From Chara braunii (taxonomy: Eukaryota > Plantae > Charophyceae): 64,000 nt of DNA. The translations under genes were made by a program, and so were the position numbers. This document shows positions 29,363 through 41,648 of the stretch, piece by piece. The notes beneath the pieces are model-generated. The model did not search any database, was not told the DNA's origin, and was given only the letters and a program-made list of their open reading frames with translations. The first letter of the stretch is position 1; the number at the start of each line of letters is the position of its first letter. The stretch spans positions 1,583,889 to 1,647,888 of the forward strand of contig BFEA01000014.1 of NCBI GenBank assembly GCA_003427395.1, given 5' to 3'.

Positions 29363-29587
29363 CCAAAGCACATTGCAGAGGGGCTCTCTCGTAACCCAGA
29401 TACAAAATCCCAAAATCCACGCTTGGATCGTCGCCATCATCGACTGCAAAGGAGAAGGTAGGTCGCCTCTATCCTCCCAAAGCACATTGCAGAGGGTCTC
29501 TCTCGTAACCCAGATACAAAATCCCAAAATCCACGCCTGGATCGTCGCCATCATCGACTGCAAAGGAGAAGGTAAGTCGCCTCTACC
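29363..29587. repeat. ~114-bp direct tandem duplication
   Basis: CCCAAAGCACATTGCAGAGGG...GGAGAAGGTA(G/A)GTCGCCTCTA present twice. Confidence 0.9.
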
Positions 29588-31472
29588 CCTCCTCCCTCCT
29601 CCTCTCCTTCTCTCCTTCTTCTTCTTCTTCCTCTTTGCATGCCTCATTCCTCTCCGCGTTCTCCGCTCCTTCTTCTTCTTCTTCTTCTTCTTCTTCCTTT
29701 TCTTCTTCTTCTTCTTCTTTCTCTTCTTCTTCTTCTTCTTCTTCTTCTTCTTCTTTTTCTTCTTTTTCTTCTTTTTTTTCTTCTTCTTTTTCTTTTTCTT
29801 CTTTTTCTTTTTCTTCTTCTTTTCGTCTCCTACTACTATTTTTTCCGCTATCTTTCTTACTACCTTTCCCGTGTGAGTCGTCATTCTCTACCGCGTGGTC
29901 ATCTCTCCTCCTTAACGCGGTAGGTGGTCGTTTCCTCCTGGGTTCTGTTCAGAGTTCTCCTTGAAAAAAACTCTGAGGTCGCGAGATCGTTCTCTCACGA
30001 TCCGCTCTACTTCGCCATTCTCCCGATGGTGTAAGTCAGTATCGAGTGGGCTAAGCTCGATGTCCCGGATCTGTAGCATGTGAGAGAATGGACTTGCTCA
30101 AAATTCGGGGCAAGTGCATCAAGATAAGTTTGCAAAAAGAGATTCATACACGTAAAAGAAAACAAAACAAAAATAACTCAACAAGAAATAAGAGAAAAAT
30201 AATAAATCCAAAAAAAATAAAAAAAAATAAAAAAAATCTAACTGCTAACTACCCTAGATTGCCAAGTGTCGTTCCCCTGTTTTCAAACGGGGCTAACTGT
30301 AACTACTAATAACTTACTTTAATCTAGAGTGTCACCGGTTCAAGCCTCGACCGACTGAGCTCGGGCGAAACTGTTGTGGAGCTCCGTGACAAAAGGAGCT
30401 AGCTCAAGCGTTAGCTGGATTTGTTCCCTACATCTATTTCTTGACAACCCACACCTAAACCTACTAAGCTAGCTCTTACTCTTGTCAAGAAAATAGCCGC
30501 TCAGGTATATGTAGAGGATTTGGGTTCAACCCACTTAGTGGCCCGAACCCATTTTTAAGTTAGTGCGTGCACACACATGCCGGCTTACATGCCGGTCTGA
30601 GTGTTTATCGGCTTGAGTGTATGTGTGCCCCACAAGGGTACTTGGTTTATCGGAGGGCCTAAAGGGCCGGTACTTAGCTGTGGCCGTGACATTGAGGGTC
30701 GAGGTGGGGAAAGAGGCTCGCGAAACTTAGGCGCCGCGGAAAACACTCAAGTAGCAGGTAGGTCGGTACCACACCAAGTAGAGATAGATGTGCCGGGTAC
30801 TCGAGGCCGAGCAGAAGAAGACAAAATTAGCATTTTTAGCCGCCCAGTACCGGTAGGTGGACAGGTACCAGCCCAAGTTTTAGTGTGTGTCGTAGATCTA
30901 CCTGACGCAACACTAACCTAATCAACCCTTCGACCTTTTCGATAAGAAGGTATTGCTATCGATCCTAACCATCACGGCGCGCGTCATAACAATGCGCTCG
31001 CATACTCTCGAAATTTTCTCAGCGATTTGCCCTGGCCTCAATAGTCGACGAAAATGTACACTTTTAAGTTCAGACCGACTCCGTCATGGTGGTCGGTGCA
31101 ATCGGTGTATCGAATGTAAAAACATGGCCAAATACCCTTGTAAGGGTAGTTGGTCCGACACCACAATGCTTGGTGCTGGTACATTTACTTGTTGGATGTT
31201 GTAGCGCAGCTGTTGATCGTCGTTAAACTAATGCCCCAGCAGATGCTCCGCAATCGCCACTTGGAAGTGCTCAATTTGCTCATACTCGTGCTCGCGATTG
31301 CTCATTCTGTGTGATCAAGACTTATCGGAAGAAGAGTGTGTGCATTGAGTATCGGAGGCAGAACAATGAAAGGAAGAGGATGAGGAAGCAAAAGGGGATG
31401 GTATAGACAGAACAAGGGTCTGATCGCGATTCAGCGATGGCCGGAACTGGCGAAGGGCAGCAATATGGCAAG

Positions 31473-31754
31473 TCAAAGGTCTGGTCTGAGCGTTAAGTTG
31501 TGCCTCGGTGCAAGCTTCACAGAGTTTTGGCCTTGTGCGCCAACTTCCGTCACCTCATAAATGTCAGTGTAACAAGGATGAATCTTTGAGGAGCGTGCAG
31601 ATTTTCGTACTTGCACCAGATCACTGACTTTATATCGGGGCAGTGGGTCCACCGATGCATGTCGATTTTCATAATCTCGGATTTGTCGTTGATGCATCAG
31701 ATCCACGACCCTCTGTCGCCTACAGGCCAACGCGTGGTAGGTCCTAGCCATCAA
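31473..31754 (-). pseudogene. Ty3/Gypsy integrase C-terminal fragment
   Basis: QIRDYENRH...YKVSDLVQVR...SKIHPCYTDIYEVTEV matches the degenerate Y..GD.V...KL.P.Y.GPY (GPY/F) module. Confidence 0.65.
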
Positions 31755-32080
31755 GTCTATGTAGTGTTGGCACTGTTGAGCCTTGTCCCTATGTTGCGCC
31801 CTGGTCGCTCTAACTTCCGTACCTTAGAGTGGTGACAACTGGACCCGCTATCGTCATTGTTTTTTTCATTTTGTAATGCGGATTCCTGCCAGCAATAATC
31901 ATGAGCCCGCTCCGTTACAAGCCTCCATTCAGCCTTGGTAAGTTTCGTTAACGGATCCCTCTTCAGTTTTCAAAACAACAGGAGATTCATCTTGACTTCT
32001 TCTCTGGGAACACTTGGCGAAAATCCATCTTCCATCCTAGCCTCTAAACAACGTTTCTCCGTGGGTACCTGGTTCGGTGG

Positions 32081-32242
32081 GCAGTCGGGACAGACTCAAT
32101 CCTTTTCGCTTTTGTACCTACTACATCATCAGTGGGACCGGACGACACAACACGGGCTACACTGCACCCATGGAACGAAGTTGGGTTGTACTGGGTGTGA
32201 ATCACTCTTATCTGGTATCATAGGCAAAGTGCAAAAACAACA
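32081..32242 (-). pseudogene. PHD-finger-like coding remnant
   Basis: CFC...WVQCSPC...SH**C......*VCPDC follows C4HC3 spacing when read through TGA stops. Confidence 0.6.
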
Positions 32243-32473
32243 AGTGTTCTCCGACGGGTTAGGGGAAGAGCAAGGTATAAACGAATGGGTATAAAAACAT
32301 GGGGAAGACGAAAAAGTGGTTGCCACTTCAGGGGAGATCGTCATCTTTGAACTCGGTTGCAGTGTCCTTTAGGAGGATATGCACTTCTTCGTAGTGAGGC
32401 TCCGCCGAGGGTGGAGTGGGCTTCCACGAAATGAGTTGCTCGCTCGTGAGGCTCTTCTTTGGCGGTCGAGATT

Positions 32474-33225
32474 CTAGCCTTGCAATCCCACGACCCACCT
32501 TCCCAACGTCCCCGTGTAGTCAGTGTTGTTTCGTAGTGACAACAACGCCTGATGGTCGGTCACGACAACAAACTTCTGACCGTGAAGATACGATCGGAAA
32601 TGCTGAATTCCCCAAACCACAACCAAACACTCCCCCTTGCACTCTTCGTAATTTGTTTGCGCCTGACTCAGTGTCTTCGAGGTGTATTCGATGACGTGCT
32701 TTTTTTCGTCTGCTCCTTGCCAAGTCAGCACCGTCGATATCATCTGCAACTTCCAGTCGTGTGCAGGGCATACGACTTTGTCGGATTCGGGCGCGCCAAG
32801 ATCGGCACGGTGGTCAGGGTTTTTTTAAGCGCCCAAAAAGTCGCCTCACAATTCCGGTGTCTAGACCAACTGCTCATTTTTCTTCAACGAGTTCGTAAGG
32901 GGCTTGGCGACACGTGCGAAGCCTTGAATGAATCGTCGATAATAGGAGGTCAGCCCGAGGAAGGTTCAAACTTAGGTTAGTGTGACCAGAACTGGAGCCT
33001 CTTGTACCGCTGCCCCTTTCCTTGGATCCGGCTTCAGACCTTCCACAATTATGATATACCCCAAGAAAGAAATTTCGGAAAGGAAAAACTCACTTTTCTC
33101 CAATCTCACTTCGAACCCTTAATCTTTCAACACATGCAAGACCCACTCAACGTGTTCCACATGATACTCGTGTGTTTTGGAAAAGACCACGATATCATCC
33201 ATATACACAATCACACAAAAATTAA
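32474..33225 (-). pseudogene. Ty3/Gypsy pol remnant (RT C-terminal half + RNase H)
   Basis: [39 protein letters not shown], then SKTLSQAQTNY..ECLVVVWGIQHFRSYLHGQKFVVVTDHQAL..GRW. Confidence 0.92.
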
Positions 33226-33407
33226 TCAGGGGCTGGGTAAGGCGGGTCTTGTTAACAAACTTCGCAGAGGTCATATTCATGGCTATAACTTATCATAATG
33301 AAGAAAGTATTTAACCAAAAATATTAATTAACGTTAAGATAAGACAGGCTGAACTTTGTTTCAAAGTTGAATGGTTTGGCCTTATGTTACCTTAAAAAGA
33401 CTAAGAG

Positions 33408-33445
<38 letters not shown>

Positions 33446-33789
33446 TGACTATTTAAAACACTCCAGGGCGACTAGACTTTGTTTCTAAGTTGATGGGTCT
33501 AGCTTTATGCCATGTGTAAGCTGGTGTAAGGGAAAAATCATCTGAAGGTTTCATGAACTATCTCTGATGTAATCAACTTGGGGTTTGGTGAGAGTACTTA
33601 CCCATTGTGGTATGGACTTGCGGGTGATTGAGTATGAGTACTACTTAGTCTGAGTGTCTGCTTTGATAGGTAGTTGCTTTAGATGTTCGTCACGTGTCGG
33701 AGCTATGAGGAGTTAGTTCAATTTCTGCATTTTCTGAGTTAAGTTTATTTTATTTAGTTCAATTTTCGTATTTTCTGGGATAATTTATT

Positions 33790-34360
33790 TTACTTGACTT
33801 TGTATAAATTTGTGAAAGCTACTACCTCTACAGGAAGCGCTACTGAAATTTCTACAAAACCAAGGAATCATTCAAATTTTGATTTTTAAAAGTTACAACT
33901 TTTGTTCGAGTTTTGTATCTGACTTAGTACAAATCTGGAAAGTTTTTTTTTTTTCTTCTGGGAAGTGTTGTCCAAATTTTTAGTAATTCAGAGAGTTTGA
34001 CAAAATTTGACTTTGAAAAGTCAAAATCACTTTTACTTTTTATTTAGCTTTGTACAAATTTTGGAATGACACTTCCCCAGAGGAAGTGCGACCGAAATTT
34101 CTACAAAACTAAAGAGAGTTAAATTTTGTCTTGGCAAAAACTTAAAATGATTTCAAGTTCATATCTAACTTGGTATGAATCTGGGAAGCCTACTTCTCTA
34201 ATGGAGATGCTGGCCAAATTTTTATTAAATTAGAGAATTAAATAAAATTTGGTTTTGTGAAGTCGGGATTATTTTAAGTTTTATATTTAACCTTGTATAA
34301 ATTCTGAAAAGAGATTTTTTCTACGGGAAGCGCTGCCGAATTTTTTTTAGTTTGGAGAGT
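33790..34360. repeat. Degenerate ~122-bp AT-rich satellite, ~5 units
   Basis: GGAAG(C/T)G(C/T)T.CCGAAATTT recurs at ~33832, 33961, 34082, 34203 and 34326. Confidence 0.65.
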
Positions 34361-34521
34361 TATATTATATTCTGATTTTTCTAGGGATTAGTTTTATTTT
34401 CTATAATTTATTTTTATTTCAAATTTGGTAAGGAATTTGGATGTAATGCTCAGACAAATGTTGCTTATTTTATTTATTTTTATAACATTTTATTTTTGTA
34501 TTTTTTTTTAATTATTATTAT

Positions 34522-35272
34522 CAGGGTAACCGGCGTTCGGGACGGGCCAAAAGCCCGAACCCGAATGCCCAAACGTATGGGACCCCTTGGGGATGCGTTC
34601 GGTCGTTCAGGCCGAACGCGGACCAAAAAAAAAAAAAAAGGTCATAAAATAAGTCTGAAAAAAAAAAATGTTATGGAGAAACATAAATTAAAAACAATTT
34701 GTCAGAGCATTACGTTCGAATTCCTTACCAAATTTGAAATAAAAATAAAATACACAGAACAAATACTAATAATAAAAATAAATAAAAATAAAAAGAGAAT
34801 TAAATTTAGTGAGTGCGCGAGCATGTTTTTGACACCGCTATCTTTGGCGATTTTTCATTTTTCTTTGGCATAGCTAAATGCCCAGAAAATTTACAGATGT
34901 GTACTTCACATAATACAAAACCCACTAAAAAAGTTTCAAAAAATAATAAAATTGCTTAGATCCAGAACTAAAGTGAAAACAAAAAGTAAAAAGTGAAAAA
35001 AAACGTGGGCGAGCACGTTTTGACACCGCCATCTTTGGCGATTTTTAATTCGTATTTGGTTTAGAAAAATGAATTGAAACTGTTTAGGCATGTATCTCAC
35101 ATCATAAAAAAGTCATAAAAAAATTTCAGAAAAAAAAAATTATTTTTAGGCCCCGAAATAATTTTTGGCGGGGGCCGAACACCGTGAGGTTCGGGCCCCA
35201 TACGGGACCCCGAACGCCCGAACGTACGAAGGTCCGCCCGGGGGCCTCCGTACGTACGGGCTGGTAACCATG
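34522..35272. mobile_element. hAT-like MITE (CAGGGT family), nested in a relic of the same family ending at ~35377
   Basis: Termini CAGGGTAACC / GGTAACCATG, flanked by ATTATTAT on both sides. Confidence 0.8.
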
Positions 35273-35460
35273 ATTATTATTATTTTTGTGTTTGCGTTTG
35301 GCTGTAACGACCGTACGCATCCCCAAGTGGTCCCGTATGTTCGGGCATTCGGCCTGTCCCGAACACCAGTTACCCTGTATATATATATATCTATATATCT
35401 ATATATCTATATATATCGTCACAAACAAAACTGCCCGGTAAACCGTAGGCAGAGAGAGAG

Positions 35461-35516
<56 letters not shown>

Positions 35517-37227
35517 CAAACTGCACACACACTAAAAAAAAAAACGATCGCCATAAAAAAAAAAAACAAAAAAAACTCACACATGCATACACACCCATAA
35601 ACTTACAAAAAGAATTTGAGGGAAAAGAAAAAAAAAAACACGACGAGGCATACGTAAAATATAAAAAACGTAAAACTGCAATTAGGGTCGGGTCAGTTCC
35701 CAACTTTCCGTGTGAGGGCGGAGTCCGCTACTACAAATGTCTCTGACAGAGAAAGGTCGTTAACCTCACTTGAGCTTAAACCTACACCCAACTCTGGTGC
35801 AACACAAATACCCAATAGTTTTCAAGTTCTATACGAGCCCTCAAGAAGGGAGGTTCCTTTACAACCCATACATAGGGCCTCTGGTAGATTACAGTTTCAC
35901 ACGGGGCCCCGGTCTCGGCTATCTGGCCGAACTTGGAACCTCGGCCATGAGGTGCGCCCTCACGCAGCCTTCACGAAAGGTTTGGGAACCACGCCAACAG
36001 TACTGTCGTATGATGAAGACCATTTCATGGCACAAGTACTAGACTAATACCCGCAGCCTGTCCCACTCTCGGGCCCTCCCGACACCAACCTTGAGCATAT
36101 GCCCACCAATAGGCCATTTCAGTCCCAAACACCCCCCCAAAGCCCGTGCGTGGGACAACCCAAACACGGGCCCGGACCTGGTCACATAACTAAAATAGGA
36201 CCTTCCATCCATCCAATCGCACGTGCGTCCTTCCAACCATTCATCTGGTAGGACGTTCATGCTTCGAACCATCCATCAAGTAGCACATTCATCCTTCCAA
36301 CCGTCCATCTAGTAGTACGTTCATCCTTCCATACATTCATTTGTCCTTTACGCACATATCCATTCATCTATCCATCAATCCATATGTTCGTCTATCTATC
36401 AGATCGTACGTCCACCTATCCACATATACGCATAATATTTTCTTTGTCCTGTACCACGACCGTCCAACCATCCATCCGTCCATTCATCCATCTATTGTTC
36501 AATGGGTTCTTGATGATTGACAATAAATGTTATCTTCGACTCTCATACGTAATGTGTTGACACGAGTCTTCATTCTTCTTTTGTTTCGCAGATCAAGTCC
36601 CCCATCTCGAGGCGCGTCATGGAACTGCACGAAGGATGATAGAAGGTGTCCATGTACGACCTCATGCGCCGAATAGTACAACGCAAAGGGAATGGCATAG
36701 ACCAATTACACGCACATGAGGACGAAGCTGCTGAAGACATCAATGCAATTGAGAAGGGAATCGACACGATCATAACCGACATAAACAACACGCGCGCAGT
36801 TCTATTGTCATCCTACTTACGAATGCGATCACATGTTTTGTCATTGAGGAAGAATAACAAATAGTTGGATGATCGAGGGACTGGTCGTGTCCTCCGGGAG
36901 CAGCGTTTGCATGCCCCGAATCAAAGAGTCGTGTCATTGTCCCTACCACATCAATGCAATGCTTTTCTGTTGCGACAAACATCCACGGCCGGGCAAAAGT
37001 AAACCTCTGTTTTTTGTTATCAGATAGTGCAGGAAGTACAACGCAAACGCCCAGCTTGTTGTGTGTGTCCAGGGGTGATTCGAGGTCGTGTGCTTCCGCC
37101 TCATCTCGCAGTGTTCTACATAATGATCATCACAACCACGTTCGTTGTAATGACGAATATTTCAATGCCTTACACAAGAGGAAAAAACCTTCTCATGTGT
37201 CCCCCCGGTCCAAAGGCGAAAGAAAAT

Positions 37228-37303
<76 letters not shown>

Positions 37304-37688
37304 NNNNNNNNNNNNNNNNNNNNNNNNNNNNNNNNNNNNNNNNNNNNNNNNNNNNNNNNNNNNNNNNNNNNNNNNNNNNNNNNNNNNNNNNNNNNNNNNN
37401 NNNNNNNNNNNNNNNNNNNNNNNNNNNNNNNNNNNNNNNNNNNNNNNNNNNNNNNNNNNNNNNNNNNNNNNNNNNNNNNNNNNNNNNNNNNNNNNNNNNN
37501 NNNNNNNNNNNNNNNNNNNNNNNNNNNNNNNNNNNNNNNNNNNNNNNNNNNNNNNNNNNNNNNNNNNNNNNNNNNNNNNNNNNNNNNNNNNNNNNNNNNN
37601 NNNNNNNNNNNNNNNNNNNNNNNNNNNNNNNNNNNNNNNNNNNNNNNNNNNNNNNNNNNNNNNNNNNNNNNNNNNNNNNNNNNNNNNN
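37304..37688. other. Assembly gap (N run)
   Basis: Direct sequence. Confidence 1.
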
Positions 37689-37725
<37 letters not shown>

Positions 37726-37758
37726 GGGGGATGGGTCGCCCCCCCAACCCCCACTTAA

Positions 37759-37813
<55 letters not shown>

Positions 37814-37935
37814 CACGCACACATACTTGCGCCGAAGTTGCGCGAGGTCCCGCCCGCGCAACTTCGGCGAGAGAAAGTGTGTGTGTGTGTGTGTGCGTGT
37901 GATTGGGTGGGGGTTGGGGGGGCGACCCATCCCCC

Positions 37936-37978
<43 letters not shown>

Positions 37979-38101
37979 AAAGAAAAAAAAAAAGGCTGCC
38001 TTCAAACCCCACGCAAGTAAGAGTCTGTGTGTGTGTGTGTGGGTGTGGGTGTGTGTGTGTGTGTCTGATTCGGTGGGGTTGGGAGGGGCGACCCATCCCC
38101 C

Positions 38102-38143
<42 letters not shown>

Positions 38144-38432
38144 TAAAAAAAAAAAAGAAAAAAAAATCTATCTGTTTTGAGTCTGGTTTTGTTTTTGATT
38201 TTTTTTAAATAATTTTAATGCAATAAAAATAAAAATAAAAATATAGGGATGCAGATAAAAAAAAAATCTACACCCCTATATGTTTTTATTTTTTTTCCAA
38301 TTATGTTTTGCCTGCAAAAAAAAAATCTGCGGGCCGAGTTGTACCACGTTCGACTCGGTTTAACGTGGAGTTGCAATGCGAGTTGAACTGTTCAACTCAA
38401 CCCCCCCGTTGAATCCAATTTCGGACACATAG
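37689..38432. mobile_element. Second copy (reverse orientation) of the 3915-5070 TIR element
   Basis: Ends in TTTCGGACACATAG. Colinear reverse complement of 3915-4420, with the same (GATT)n/G-rich/(CA)n modules. Confidence 0.8.
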
Positions 38433-38546
38433 CGCAAAGGAGTTATGCGTGGGTGAGGTGGAGCACCACGAGGAGTTGGGGGGTACACTCCACACCTTCG
38501 CCAGGGTCTCGCTACCGCACGTCGGCCGGGTCTGCCCCCTCTGCAC

Positions 38547-38867
38547 ATGAATGCGGCCCAGATACACAGAACATATTCGCATCCAGTTTTCCTGGTTGAG
38601 ATTGCAGCTGCATACATGGGCATGGAGGACCGGATGGACGAGTTCTTGCACACCCTCATAGAGTACGCCCGCGTAGGCACTGCGACCAACAAATATGCAA
38701 GATACAAACTCGCTACTCTTTGCAGTTACAGTCGGCGGCAGAGACTGCCAACAAAATTCGAGGAGGCCATGCGGATGCGATGGCCAAACCTGCTTGACGA
38801 GGCTCATGTTGGTTTTATTCCTTATTTGCATGCTCCTCCGGAGAACAATGACCCAAGACCTAACTAG
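38547..38867 (+). pseudogene. Coding remnant with a P2X7-ballast/KolX-like C-terminal motif
   Basis: YARYKLATLCSYSRRQRLPTKFEEAMRMRWPNLLDEAHVGF resembles YR...G...R..LP.C....IR..FP....Y.GF. By-eye match only. Confidence 0.4.
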
Positions 38868-39506
38868 GGGATAGGACGGGGGGGGGGCGAGTATGAGAGA
38901 GGGAGAGAGAGACTGAGCAGATGCACGGGTGATTGATGTTGTTGTCATTGTATATATTTTATGTGGTGGCAAATTTGTTTTCATCCTTTACTATGAGTCA
39001 ATGTGTTTTTGATCTCTCTCTCGTCTACACACCAACTCTCTCTCTGTCTCTCACTTTTACTTTGCTTTCTATATTTTTTTGTAGGTCTCAAACAATTGTA
39101 TCATTTGTCGAAAATAATTTTCAATAGTTTCATCATATTTGAAAAACACATCTATAAATTTGCAGGGCACTTTCTCGGAGGCAAAAAATAAATTATAAAT
39201 TGTAAAAGATGGTGGTGTCGAAAATGTGTTCACTCATTCACTAGATTTTATTGTGTTATTATTTTGACATGTTTTTACAATATTATTTCATTTTCGTATC
39301 GGATTTTGATTTCAAAGATAATAAGGAATTTGAAAGCAACGGTGTGAGAAATGTTGTTCATTTTATTTCTCTGTGTAACAAATGTTTTTTTTTTTTTTTT
39401 TTTTTTTTAAGATCCATGTGGTAGTAGCGGCTGGGCTCTATGCCTCAGGAAGTGTCTGATTTGCATGTTCAACCAGTGGGGGGATGACTTAGAGGATCAA
39501 AACTTT

Positions 39507-39580
<74 letters not shown>

Positions 39581-39583
<3 letters not shown>

Positions 39584-40294
39584 GGTTACCTGATCGAACG
39601 TTCGGGGTCCCGTTCGGGGGCCGAACGCCTCCAGGTTTGGCCCCCGCCAAAAATTGTTTCGGCACCTAAAAATAAGCTTATTTCTCTGAATTTGTTTTTA
39701 TGAGTTTTGTATGATGTAACCTAAACGCCTATAAATTTTGAAGCCATTCTGCTAAGCCAAAAAAACATTAAAAATCTTCAAAGATGGGGGTGTCAAAACG
39801 TGCTCACCCACTCACTATTTTGTTTTTTTTCACTTTTAACTTTTTGTTTTCACTTTATTTCGGGGCCAAAAAAAAATTATTATTTTTAAAAAAAAGTTTA
39901 ATGAGTTATTGATTATGTAAACTACATATCTGTAAATTTTCAGGGCATTTCTCAATGCCAAAGAATAATTAAAAATCGGCAAAGATGGCAGTGTCGAAAA
40001 GGTGCTGGCACACTCACTCATTTTCATTCTCTTTTTTTTTTTTCTTATTTTTATCATAGTGTTTAGTTTCTGTATTTGATTTTTAATTTAAATTTGGTAA
40101 AGAATTTGGATGTCGTGCCCAGACAAATGTTGTTTAGTTTAGTTTTCTCCATAACATATTAGTTTTTCGAAATTTATTGATTTTTGTTTTTGGTCCGCGT
40201 TCGGCCCAAACGGCCGAACGCCTTCCGAAGGGGTCCCGTACGTTCGGGCATTTGCGTTCGGGCGTTCGGCCCGTCCCGAACGCCGGCAACCCTG
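39581..40294. mobile_element. hAT-like MITE (CAGGGT family) inserted in (TA)n
   Basis: CAGGGTTACC...GGCAACCCTG flanked by TATATATA. Confidence 0.85.
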
Positions 40295-40494
40295 TATATA
40301 TATAGCGGCGTGTCTGGAGTGTATTTTTTGGCTGTGACAGACCTTTCTTTGTTTCGTGGATGTTTTGCTGGCTTGTGATGGGGTGTGAACCGACAGTTTG
40401 TAGAGTTTTCCATCTGGTGTGGGTGAGTGATAGTCTACTTTGATTTTGGTTAAGGTGGATTATCATTTACAATGTAATCAGTGAGGGGATTATG

Positions 40495-40552
40495 CAGACT
40501 GTTGAGGGTTCAGCCTCCAGATGAGTCGGTGAAACTCCGACGAAACAGTTTG
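40495..40552 (+). ncRNA. Type III hammerhead ribozyme motif (U4A variant)
   Basis: CAGACUG-UU | GAGG-guucag-CCUC | CAGAUGA | GUCGG-ugaaacu-CCGAC | GAAA | CAGUUUG. All three stems pair. Confidence 0.8.
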
Positions 40553-40723
40553 TCACAGCCCCTCGTTTGTTGTCCTCTTCTCTCTCTCTGCCTACGGTTT
40601 ACCGGGCAGTTCTGTTTGTGACGATATATATATATATCCGACAAAACAGTTTGTCACAGCCCCTCGTTTGTTGTCCTCTTCTCTCTCTCTGCCTACGGTT
40701 TTACCGGACAGTTCTGTTTGTGA

Positions 40724-40724
<1 letters not shown>
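40546..40724 (+). repeat. Tandem copies of the post-hammerhead module, each ending in (TA)n
   Basis: CAGTTTGTCACAGCCCCTCGTTTGTTGTCCTCTTC...GCCTACGGTTTACCGG.CAGTTCTGTTTGTGACG present twice. A partial copy is at 35417-35460. Confidence 0.9.
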
Positions 40725-40787
<63 letters not shown>

Positions 40788-40910
40788 GTAAGGATCGCAT
40801 TCGGCCCTAACGGTCGGACGAATCCCCAAGGGGGGGACGTTCGGCAAGTTTGGGTTCAAGGTTTTGGTCGAATTGGAACGCCATTAAACCTATATGTATA
40901 TATCTGTATA

Positions 40911-41648
40911 CAGGGTCACCAGCCCGTACGTACGAGGGTCACCGGGCCGACCTCCGTATGTACGGGCGTTCACGGTCCCGTTCGGGGTCTGAACCCGAAG
41001 GCGTTCATCCCTCGCCAAAAAATATTTTGGGGCCTAAAAATATGTTATTTTTTCTTTATTGCTTTGTGTAAGTTCTCTATGATGTGAGGTTCATGCCTAT
41101 AAATTTTGAACTTTTTTTGCTAAGGCAAACAAAAATTAAAAATCGTGAAAGATGGTTGTGTCAAAACGTGCTCGCCCACTCACTATTTTGTTTTTTTTCG
41201 TTTTTTCATTTTTGTTTTTACTTTATTGTGGGGCCTAAAAAACTTTATTATTTTTTTAAACTTTTTAAATGAATTTTTTTTATGTGAAGTACACGTCTGT
41301 AGATTTTCAGGGCATTTAGATGTGCCAAAAACAAATGAAAAATCGCCAAAGATGGCGGTGTCGAAAATGTGCTCGCTCACTCACTGATTTAAATTCTTTG
41401 TTCATTTTTTCTTATTTTGATTTTTAATTTTATTTTTTGTATTTTATTTTTACTTCAAATTTGATAAGGAATTTGAATGTAATGCTCAAGCAAATATTAT
41501 GTAATTTATTTTTTTCCATAACATATCGTTGTTTTTTTTTTCCCCCCTCCGCATTAGGCCCGAACGACCGAACGCATCCCTAAGGGGTCCCGTACGTTCG
41601 GGCGTTCGGGTTCGGGCGTTTGGCCCATCCCGAAAGCCGATTACCCTG
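40911..41648. mobile_element. hAT-like MITE (CAGGGT family)
   Basis: CAGGGTCACC...GATTACCCTG, with an 8-bp TSD TCTGTATA / TTTGTATA (1 mismatch). Confidence 0.85.

Noticed and set aside
29336-29964. Poly-K/F/S/L ORFs here and at 2.4-2.9, 9.2, 27.8 and 60.0-61.1 kb
   Set aside because: Translations of (CTT)n, (AG)n and (CA)n microsatellites.
30285-31200. PPT + LTR start (AAACGGGGCTAAC-TGTAAC)
   Set aside because: No partner LTR or defined 3' end in the window.
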